Positions 53,830 through 64,000 of a DNA stretch of 64,000 bases are shown piece by piece. Every line of letters starts with the position of its first letter. Within the stretch, counting starts at the first letter, position 1. The stretch is taken from assembly GCF_009914755.1 (NCBI RefSeq), contig NC_060931.1. One strand, written 5' to 3'. Made by a program: the position numbers and the translations under genes. The notes under the pieces were generated by a model, which ran no database searches, was not told the origin of the DNA, and saw nothing but the letters and a program-made list of their open reading frames with translations. This DNA comes from the human T2T-CHM13v2.0 reference genome, Homo sapiens.

Positions 53830-54700
53830 CATAGCTATACATACCATTATATATTGTCCCCCAATTTTGTTTTTATAAAATGGCATCACATTACAAGACA
53901 TTAAAGGGCAATTTGCCTGTTTTCCCCTATAAACAACATATTGTAACCATTTGCTTTTCAGGTAAATTTTTTATAGATCTAACTAGTTTTATAAATGTAA
54001 TAGCTACATAACATGGATATTGTGTAATTTATTCAATTTCCCTAATAGTGGTCATTACTGTTTCCAGTTTTTGTCACTCCAAATAATGCTGCAGTAAGTA
54101 CTATTATAATATAGTCTAATTTACTGTTATATTTATTTCTGAAGGTCAGAGTCTTAGAAGTAGGACTGCTTTTTCAAAGCGCATGTGTACTTGACAGTTT
54201 ATTGAAACTGCCAAATATTTTTAGAAAAATCTTTCCACAAACTTTATATACATACACTTATCTCAGTATATTTTTAAGATCATCAGTTTCTTACACCTAA
54301 TAAACACTTGCTATCATCAATTGTTTTAAATTTGTCCATCTAATTAATAAAAAGTGGTATCAGGTCATGTTGGCATTTTTATTTCCCTGGATCGGATATT
54401 ATTTCATAGATTTATTATTCATTTTTACTTTTCTGCTCAACCTGTTTATTATGAAACCTATTATCCCACTAAATTTAAATGCAGCTTTTATTACACAGTA
54501 AATGCATACATATATACATATTTGGAATTGTTTATACACTCTATTCTGTCCCACAAATTCATTTGTGGTGTTGTGGATATGTATGTACATGTGTCTGTCC
54601 AATTCTTTTGATCATAGTAACCCGATAGCATAATTTAATGCTTATGATTTAGTACCCTATAATAAAATACGTTTCCACTGCCAAAATGTAAGAAAAAAGT
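53830..54700 (-). mobile_element. Ancient L1ME remnant
   Basis: tttccagttttt...aataatgctgcagtaag...cttagaagtaggactgct...actgccaaat. Confidence 0.55.
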
Positions 54701-56335
54701 AATTATCTCATCTGGAAGATTTATTAAAAGTATGATCATATTATAGCCTTGATTCCTTAGGTACTTACTTTGTTGCTTGAGGTCTTCAATGAGGGTGATA
54801 TGCTCAGGATAAATGGGAAACTCCTTTCCTTCAGTATTTTATATGGTGGTATTGTGAAGACTGCTGCACTTAATTTTACAAATACAGTGTTATAAAATGC
54901 AATACAAAATAGGTTCATTTAAGCTAAAACATCTTTCGATTATGACATAATATATTTCTGCTTAAAAATTTAAATACATTTGTTTAAAACAAGTATGTGT
55001 ATGGCAAAATAAACTTTGAAAATCAAAGCTCCATTTCAGCCTAACAGAAAAAGAAACATTCTTCCTTTCCTATAGAGAGCAGCTGTCATGTTACAGGCAT
55101 CTCGTTCTGTTGGGGAATTTGATGATGGCTTTAAGAACCTTGAAGTTTCCAGAGCAATTTAAATATGATCTTTAATGACTTTGGAGTGGATTAGCCCTTG
55201 ACCTTTCTGTTCCCATGGTATTTTTCTCATCTAGCTTTGACATATGTAAAAGAAAATTGTGCTCTTCAGATCACTTTGAAACTTCCAATTATGTCAAGAG
55301 GCTTAACTTGATTTTTGATTGACTTATAATGGCAAGAACTGATCTCTGGAGGGAGTAACAGATGCAAATCAGTGTTCTTTAGGACTCTATTTTGTCAGCT
55401 GTAATTTTCTTAATACTAAAAGGAAACATTTAAAACTAATAAATTTGTGATGTGATTTATGTTTATGTAATTTTGGAAAAAAATATAATTGATCTCCCAA
55501 AGAGTGCAAATTAGATTCTTTGGTATGATTGTTGTTCCTGTATTATTTCTCATCATTTCCCATTTGCTTTTAAAATCCACATAGAAGGTATATTTTCATA
55601 TGAACTTAATTTGGGATAATGTAATAATAAGGTTAAAACCCACTTTCCAAATTGAGTAACTGACAAAAGGAAGCTCTTATAAGCAGAGCTTCAGATACAA
55701 CTAGAAGAGGGGGTAAGCAGATACCTGTATAGAAAGCAAGATGAGATATAGAAGAAGACATGTAGAAAATCTCAAGGTGGTTAAAAGAAACACGAAATAA
55801 CCACTAAAATAGTCTGTGCTTTAAATACAATAATGTCTGTCTTATATAAACATTGCTGTACAGGAAAAAGAGCATTTTACAGAATAGATATACTTTAAAA
55901 ATTAACTTTATAACTTAATTATTTATGTAAATCTATATAGAACGAGAGTCCAGACTAGGAAAAAATAGATAATTCACATTAAGAATGTGGAATTTGAAGG
56001 TATTGATGGATAGAATATTTCTGTTCAAATTTATAACTGTTGAATATGATTCTAAATGAACTATTCTAAATGAAGTACAAATGAAAAGAGAGACATTGTC
56101 ATTTCTGTGAATGAGAAAATTAGATGAAAAAATAAAACTTTTTTTTTTTTTAGCCAAGTAATAGTCTACCAGCCACGATGTAGTTTTGGTTTTAATTGTT
56201 GTGTCCTAGTAATATAGACATTTATCTCATTTACAAGATTTACAGTGAAGGTGTTAGACAAGCGCATGGCAATTTGTTTTAGTTAAATTTGTGCATTCAT
56301 TTAATTTCTCTATTCTTGTTTTCAAAGATAATAAG

Positions 56336-56801
56336 TGTTATGGGTTGAACTGTGTCTGCAAAAATTCATATGGTGAAGTGCGAACCACAAGTATTAATAG
56401 AATGTGACCTTATTTGGAAATGAGGTCATTGCAGATGTAATTAAGTTAAGATGAGGTCACATTAGAGTAGAGTGGGCCTCTAATTCAGTATGACTGGTGT
56501 CCTGATAAAAGAATGCCATGTGAGGAAAAAGACATACACAGGGAGAATTCTGTGTAAAGATGAAGGCAGAGATTGGGGTGATGTTTCTACAAACCAAGGA
56601 ACACCAAAAGTTGCTAGCGAGTCCCCAGAAACTGGGCGAGAGGTATGGTATTTGTTCTTCCTCACAGCTCTATGAAAAAAAAAACGGGTGACACCTTGAT
56701 CTTGGACTTCCAGCCATCAGAACTGCAAGACAACACATTTCTGGTGTTTAAGCAGCTCAGTTTGCAATACTTCGTAATAGCAGATCTAACAAACTAATAT
56801 A
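56336..56801 (+). mobile_element. MLT1 (B/C-like) solo LTR
   Basis: tgttatgggttgaactgtgtc...gaatgtgaccttatttggaaat...gacaccttgatcttggacttccagcc...aaactaatata; TSD ataag/ataaa. Confidence 0.88.
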
Positions 56802-57327
56802 ATAAACATCCATTAATCTTTCCAATTTTTTGTGATGAAGTTAAAACCAATAGAATGGAAATAAATAATGACAAATAAACAATAAACATAGAACAGAGAA
56901 AGCATGAGTTATAGTGCCAGCATGAGGGGCAAAGATTAGTAAAACCGAAAATTCAAGTGAAAATTTACCAATATATTTACAAAAACAGAAAATTAACCAA
57001 CTACATGTACTAAATAAGGAGCAATGTTATGATCACAATACCTTTGTTCCTGGGCCAGTAATTAAAATTGCATTGATTCTACAAATGGAAAGGTACCATT
57101 TCTTACTCTGCTAGTATAATATATAGCTCTTCAGTTCATCCATAATCTGTCTACCTATCTTCAGCTACTCTGTTTATTTATTTACTGGTAACAATAAATT
57201 CTGCTAAAATTAGCTGTATTGAATATGTTGGATATTGCATATTGATTTATTATTTCAGCCTAAGACTTTAGCCTCACAAATAATTAGTGTTATGAATAGA
57301 GTTCTTTCACCCTGCTAATTTTTCTGT

Positions 57328-57364
57328 TGGAAGGAAAGAAGGAAGAAAGGAAGGAAGGAAGGAA
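57328..57364. repeat. (GGAA)n purine-rich repeat
   Basis: ggaaggaaagaaggaagaaaggaaggaaggaaggaa. Confidence 0.9.
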
Positions 57365-58479
57365 CTTAAGATCTTTTGAAAAATAACTAAAATTTGATTG
57401 AGACCTCTTGGGAAAGGAATAAAATTTAAAAATTATATCCCCAAAGGATCCCCAAAACATTTTTAAATAAAGCTAAATTTTGAAATTTTTATTGGATTTA
57501 GCTAGCTGTGTTCAGATATCAAGGTATAGGTTTAAACACTTGCTTCATTTTTCCCAGAGTTGGGGAGAAAAAAAACCTGGAGAGCTAAAAGTTAATACAA
57601 CTAAACAGTTTATTTAGATTACATCATTACGTCATTAATAATGCCCAAAAGATAGGACCTCCCTCTATATGTCACGCAATGCTTACAAAAGTCTCCCACA
57701 GACCAGCTTATACACTGAAATGTTAAGCATCTCTTTTTGCTACTCAAGTTTCTTAGATATATAGCAAGATATAGTATTATACAAGACACATACTTTCACT
57801 CAGAAAAGCATGTCTTATTGAACATTACTATATTATTTATAAATATATTTTCAGTTTTATAAAAGCAAAGGACGAAAGTATGCAAAAACAGCAAAAATAT
57901 TGAAGTAGCATTTTACCTAAATTAAAATATACCACATTATGTTTACCTTGAAACTCTTAAGACTTCACCAAAGAAAGTCAAATAAAATCATTCATGTGAA
58001 TTGAAGTCAAAGCTCTATTTTTGTGTGATTTTGAGCAAATAAAATAATTCTTAGCTTTTTTGGAGAGAAATATTGGGTGGAATGAATAATCTGCTGTGCT
58101 TTTCTTTTTGATTTTATGGAATTTTTAAAATTACTATTCTATTTGAACTGTTGTCCGAAAAAGTAATGCAGAATTTGTGAGAAGTTTGTTGATTTCAGGG
58201 AATATATTTTCTTTCTGTAAAACAGGGGTAACCCTTCCCTAACTTAGTGGATGAGGTTGCTATGATGAACTCTTAAAATAATGCATATGGTGTTTCTGTG
58301 TATGTGTCAAGCCCTATACCAAAACAAGGGATTATTATTTTATATGAAGATGTCTCCAACTGACTCTGTACACTTGGTTTTTCTTTTTCTCTGAATTATG
58401 CTTGTACTCTCAGTTAGTGACGCACATGTTTGTTCATGTTTGAATCCTTTCATTTATTTAATACAGTCAAATTTCAATC

Positions 58480-58785
58480 TTTAAAAGACTTTTATTTACA
58501 TTTTTAGAAGATTTATTTGAGCAGCATAGAAAAACATGACAGAACACTTCACAGGTCACTTTTCACAATAAAATAGGCAATAATAACATACTTATTTTGT
58601 AAGCATAAACATACACTCTAATAATGACAGACATGTGAGTATAACATTTATGAGCAGATGAAAGTACTCATAAAAAGATCCAAAAGCAAAATGTATAAAC
58701 ACATATCACTATGGTTGTTAATTGTGTGCAACCAACTTTATAATTGTAGTCATCTGAAGTATTGTGACAGACAACCTAAATCTTC
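58480..58785. mobile_element. Probable Ricksha (MULE/MuDR) DNA transposon fragment
   Basis: aaaataggcaataataacatac...aaatgtataaacacatatcactatggttg..aattgtgtgca...gtcatctgaa...gacaacctaa matches my recollection of the consensus. Confidence 0.45.
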
Positions 58786-59280
58786 TTTTTTTCAACTTTA
58801 ATTTTAGATTCAGGGGGTACATGTATAGGTTTTTTTGTTTTTTTTTTTAACCTGGCAATATTGCGTGATGGTGAGGTTTGAGGTACAAATGATCTCATCA
58901 CCCAGGTACTGAGCATAGTACCCAATAGTTAGTTTTTCAATCCTTGCCCCCTTCTTTGCCTCCTCCCTCTAGCAATCCCCAGTGTATTTTTGCTATCTGT
59001 ATGTGCTTGAGTACCCAATGTTTAGCTCCCACTTATAAGTGAGGACATGTTGTATTTGCTTTTTCTATTCCTGCCTTAATTCATTAATGGCCTCCGGTTG
59101 CATCCATGTTGCTACAAAGGACATCAATTCATTCTCTTCTGTGGGTGTGTAGTATTCCATGGTGCATATGTACCATTTTTTAAATCCAGTCCACCACTGA
59201 TGGGCACCTAGGATGACTCCATGTTTTTGGTATTGTGAATAGTGCTGTGATGGACATATGAGTGCATGTGTCTTTTTGGT
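58786..59280 (-). mobile_element. L1PA (about PA16) 3' end
   Basis: ttcaactttaattttagattcagggggtacatgt...tcacccaggtactgagcatagtacccaatag; ORF 59065-59292 has ORF2p-like WYICTMEYY. Confidence 0.88.
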
Positions 59281-59599
59281 ACTGTTTTTCAACTTGGTTT
59301 TTCCTTTTAAATGTTGTTGTGCCTATTATATGTTCTCTGTGTGTCCTTATAAGTACAGAAAATAAATTTCTATTTTATGTATGTACATGTAAAAATATTA
59401 TTGTATATGCAATTTAATGTAAATATATATAAAAAAATATTTATATTGCCCAATTTCTTGTTCTTTGCCTATTCTTTTGGTTCAGCATATACAATTTTTT
59501 CTTTCCTTATCCACTTAAAGCTTCTACTCATGTTTTTCACTTTCTTCAAATGTCATTTTTTAGAATTTGCCACATTTATTTAAATACTTCTCTTTCCTC

Positions 59600-59715
59600 C
59601 TAAATTATAATTTCCTGAAAGGCAGGAAGTTATAGGATTTTGTTCTATTCCCTTTTGTATTCATAGCATCTACCCCTTTGCACATAACAGATACTTAATA
59701 AATGTTGAATGAATT
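59600..59715 (+). mobile_element. L2 3' end
   Basis: tcctgaaaggcagga...cacataacagatacttaataaatgttgaatgaat. Confidence 0.65.
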
Positions 59716-60015
59716 AGTTATTAATTTGAAGAAAGTTAAATTCAAAGTGAATACGTGACTAAAATATGAAATATATTTTAGTCATGTATGACATTTGACA
59801 TTTGACATTTAAATATTCAAATTGGCATTAATTGATCTGATGGCATCTTTAGGTGGTCAAGATAAACACTTTTAAACAAATAATAGTGCTTACCAATAAT
59901 GTAGATTTCTTTTTCTATGAACTTAGAAATATATAAAGCTAATAATGTTTAAGCTGAATAAATGTTAGATACTTTTTATTATTATTATGAAATACATCAC
60001 ACAGATATGTGGATA

Positions 60016-60039
60016 TGTGTGTGTGTGTGTGTGTGTATG
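60016..60039. repeat. (TG)n microsatellite
   Basis: Direct read. Confidence 0.9.
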
Positions 60040-60873
60040 TAAAGGCTGAAAAATAAAGTTGTAAACACAAATCTATATAATGAAATGTTACTATTTTCTA
60101 ATAAATATTAGATGAAGTTCTCAGGAAAAGATAAGCTAATGGACTATCTGTGTAACAGACTGGCTTCAGTTTTCCTGAGATCATCTAAGAGCCCCTCAGG
60201 GAAGTCAATGGACGAGGTCATGAGTGAGGCCTGGGGTACACATGGGGCAGCACCGTGGTATGGACCCAGTGGAATACATCCAACAGAACTACAGAAAGAA
60301 AGAGTGGGTGGCTCTAGTTATTCTGTCATTATGAGTATTCTTATTATGGCCCTTCTGTACATTGCAGGAATATGTCAAATTAAAACACATTTGCAGTGAA
60401 ATGAATGACCCAACTGATCCAGACAGCAGACATGCATGGTACAGCAATAACTTTATCACATAAGACAAACCAAGGATAGATAAAAACCTAGGCTACGCTT
60501 ATCCATAAATTCTGTCCTCAGGCAAAAAATCAGTTCAATGGGAGCAGGTATGTTGCTGATAACCACCATACTGCACCTTTTTCTTAAGTTATGTGGTTCT
60601 GCTTTATGTTCATTGCTGTTGAAATCTGGGGGCATAGCTGTCATATACGATTTTCTTTCATTTTCACTTCACTTCCTTCTTGTGTGGAATCTCCGGTTTC
60701 CTATATTCCATACCTTCTTTTTCATAGGTTAATTATTTTGTCTTGCTAAAATTCAACTTCCAGAAGCTTCCTGAGAGAGTATTCACAGAGACTTGTGTTA
60801 TTCTAACCTCATATTCGATTGACATTTTAAGTGGGTACAGAATTCTAGGTTGGAAATATTTTTTTCTCAGAAA

Positions 60874-61740
60874 TTTTATTTTATTTTAAGTTCTGGGATA
60901 CATGTGCAGGATGTGCATGTTTATTACATAGGTAAACATGTGCCATGGTGATTTGCTGCACTTATTAACCCATCACCTTAGTATTAAGCCCAGCTTGCAT
61001 TAGCTATTTATCCTGATGCTCTCACTCCTCTCAACCCCACTCCCTGACAGGTCCCAGTGTGTGTCATTCCTTCCCTGTGTCCGTGTGTTCTCATTGTTCA
61101 GCTCCCATTTATGAGTGAGAATATGCAGTGTTTGGCTTTCTGTTCCTGCATTAGCTTGCTGAGAATAATGGTTTCCAGCTTCATCCATGTCCCTGAAAAC
61201 GACATGAACTTGTTCTTTTTTATGGCTGCATAGTATTCCATGGTGTATATATACCACATTTTCTTTGTCCAGTCTAGCATTGATGGGCATTTGGGGCTGA
61301 TTCCATGTCTTTGCTATTGTAAATAGTGCTGCAATGAACATACACAGGCATGTATCATTATAATTGAAGGATTTATATTCCTTTGGGTATGTACCCAATA
61401 ATGGGATTGCTGGGTTAAATGGCATTTCTGGTTCTAGACCTTTGAGAAATCACCACACTGTCTTCTACAATGGTTGTAGAATGTATTCTTTTGAGAATTA
61501 CCTGTTCATGTCCTTTGCCCACTTTTTACTGAGGTTGCTTGGTTTTTTTCTTGTAAATTTGTTTAAGTTCTTTGTAGATTCTGGATATTCGACATTTGTC
61601 AGATAGAGAGATTGCAAAAATTTTCTCCCATTTTGTAGGTTGTCTGTTCACTCTGATGATAGTTTCTTTTGCTTTGCAGAAGCTCTTTAGTTTAATTAGA
61701 TACCATTTGTCAATTTTTTGTTGCAATTGCTTTTGACGTC
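60874..61740 (-). mobile_element. L1PA (about PA8-10), 5'-truncated, internal deletion near 61478
   Basis: ORFs 61000-61425, 61098-61280 and 61526-61759 are frameshifted ORF2p pieces; degenerate TSD ctcagaaatttt/ctccgaatttt; sits within older L1ME. Confidence 0.92.
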
Positions 61741-62180
61741 CTCCGAATTTTGAAACCACTAGTTCATTATCTTATTTTTAGAAGTGTATTTTATTTTTAG
61801 AATTCTTTTTAGAAGTGTAAAGCACCCTAATCTCTTCTTTCTTGAAATTTATAGAATCCCTATGTTCTGAAGTGTGTTGATAGGCTTTTGTGTGTTTTTA
61901 TATTGCTATATTTTTTGAGAGCACTATGGACATTAAAATCTAATATCTCATGTTCTCAGGGTATTTTCTTGAATTATTTCCTTGACAATTTTCACTTTCT
62001 ATATTCCCTAATTTCTCTTGTTATAACTCATATAATTTGAATATGGACCCTACTGGAATAATCCTCTAATTGTTTTTATTTGCCTTACCTTTTTTTTCTA
62101 TTTTTACCCAGTCCTTTTGTTTTAATTTCTGGGAATTTTCCTCAAGTTTACCCACATGTGTTTTTATTAATATTTTTAAA

Positions 62181-62317
62181 TCAGGTGTGTGCCACCATGC
62201 TCAGCTAATTTTTGCATTTTTTGTAGAGACAGGGTTTTACCATGTTTCCGGGCTGGTCATAAACTTCTGTGCTCAAGGGATCCACCCGCCGTAGCCTCCC
62301 AAATTGCTGGGATTACA
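62181..62317 (-). mobile_element. AluJ internal fragment truncated at both ends
   Basis: caggtgtgtgccaccatgctcagctaatttttg...gctgggattaca. Confidence 0.85.
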
Positions 62318-62613
62318 TAGCTTCTAATTCCTTTTTTTGGTATTTGTCATTATCTTCTTTTCCATTCTCTTTTTTCTTGTCAGTTTTTAATTTTCTATAA
62401 TTTTCTTTACATTCACAGAAAGATTAAAAAATTTTAGCATTTATGTCAATGGATCTTTTTATTTGCTATTTTGGACTGCTATAAGATTGTTTATATTTAT
62501 ATAATAGAATGTAAATTGTTCTTTTTTTCAGTGTTTGTGATGTTTTAGATAGAGCATGGATAAATATTTTAATTTTAATATTTATGACCTTATTTTAATG
62601 GATGCTAATTTTT

Positions 62614-62974
62614 TTTTAATTTTATTATTATTATACTTGAAGTTTTAGGGTACATGTGCACAACGTGCAGGTTTGTTACATATGTATACATGTGCCATGT
62701 TGGTGTGCTGCACCCATTAACTCGTCATTTAGCATTAGGTATATCTCCTAATGCTATCCCTCCCCCCTCCCCCCACCCCACAACAGTCCCCAGTGTGTGA
62801 TGTTCCCCTTCCTGTGTCCAAGTGTTCTCATTGTTCGATTCCCACCTATGAGTGAGAACATGCAGTGTTTGATTTTTTGTCCTTGTGATAGTTTGCTGAG
62901 AATGATGGTTTCCAGTTTCATCCATGTCCCTACAAAGGACATGAGCTCATCATTTTTTATGGCTGCATAGTATT
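62614..62974 (-). mobile_element. Young L1PA (about PA3-5), 5'-truncated
   Basis: ttttagggtacatgtgcacaacgtgcagg...ctcgtcatttagcattaggtatatctcc; TSD ttaatggat(g/a)ctaattttt (62595-62613/62973-62991). Confidence 0.95.
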
Positions 62975-63477
62975 AATGGATACTAATTTTTATCTATTAC
63001 TTATTGCAAATGACTCTGGTTTATGTATACAACTATGATATACATTTTATTTTCTATATGGATTATAGTTAAACAGTCAGTTGGCTTAAAATTTAAAAAC
63101 TAAATAATAGTACATGCAGTTTGCTGATATGGCAAAATTCATTAAGGTGATTTGCAAATGATGATAACTTTAGAAACATATGAAAGCTTAGTTTTATAAA
63201 GAGATTCCTTTCCCTGAAAACAATTCCTCTTTCGTGAACATCTCTCTGTTCCTTGGACACTAATACTTTGTATACAAACAACCAAAGAAATAAATATCTG
63301 CTTCTCATGCTGTATAGCATGGTCATCTCAGTGGTAGAACTTATGGTGGTTAACACCGATATTAGCTGTTAAGCAATAAATAATTGCCAAATTGCTAACA
63401 CTTTGATGTAAATAAAATTACCAATCCTTTTTCAGTCTGATCGGCTATGAGCAAAGACATGTTAAAAACTGAACAGG

Positions 63478-63743
63478 CTTGAGAGGCCTAGGCAGGTGGA
63501 TCACTTGAGGCCAGGAGTTCAACACCAGCCTGGCCAATATCGCAAAACCCTGTCTTTACTAAAAAATACAAAAATTAGCCGGGTGTGACAGCTCAAGCTT
63601 GTAATCCCTGCTATTCAGGAGGCTGAGACTTGAGAATCACGTGAACCCGGGAGGTGGAGTTGCAATGAGCCAAGATCGCACTACAGCACTCTGGCCTGGG
63701 CAACAGAGCGAGACTCTGACTCAAAAAAAAAAAGAAAAAAAAA
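63478..63743 (+). mobile_element. 5'-truncated Alu (Sz/Jb-like)
   Basis: Begins near ttgagaggcctaggcaggtggatcacttgagg; A-rich tail. Confidence 0.92.
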
Positions 63744-64000
63744 TTAAAACTATAGGACATTTTACATAGAAAGAGGTACAACAGATCCAGATGAATATTC
63801 AGAGCAGATGAGCTGAAAGGAGAACAGAAGCCAGAGGTGCTTTGGGGTAATGATAGGAGTAGGAAAAGAGTTCATGAGTTGTCAGTGAAGATGATAAGAT
63901 GAACAATTAAAGAAAACATGAATAACCTTGGTTTGTTTCAAAATTTTTGCCAACATAAGTACTGTAAATAAATATTAATATTAATTCATACATCTTTCAA

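Overview
AT-rich, CpG-poor primate (human-like) genomic DNA with no CpG island, typical of a long intron or a gene-poor region. Much of it is recognisable transposon remnant: about 17 Alu/FLAM copies, about 8 L1 3' ends with TSDs in several cases, older L1M/L2/MIR fragments, solo LTRs (THE1 x2, MST, several MLT1, MER21, LTR16-like, one ERVL-type), DNA transposons (MER8, MER47, MER2B, MADE1, a probable Ricksha, a hAT fragment) and simple repeats. No ORF in the track supports a real protein gene; all are Alu-, L1- or LTR-derived or chance ORFs. There are weak to moderate splice-site signals: a small + strand exon at the window start, a 10-nt microexon or recursive site at 4.29 kb, an AG|GT ratchet-like site at 17.77 kb and a non-coding minus-strand exon at 40.3 kb. 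I cannot name the host gene and see no convincing new multi-gene system. The best oddities are mechanistic: an apparent L1PA 3' transduction (22.4-23.1 kb), a tailless Alu with a perfect TSD, a pair of unclassified ~110-bp elements with piggyBac-like ends 1 kb apart, a young ~200-bp local duplication of ancient L2, an expanded MADE1 hairpin and several fold-back micro-insertions. Repeat family names come from remembered consensus sequences, and boundaries of old elements are approximate.
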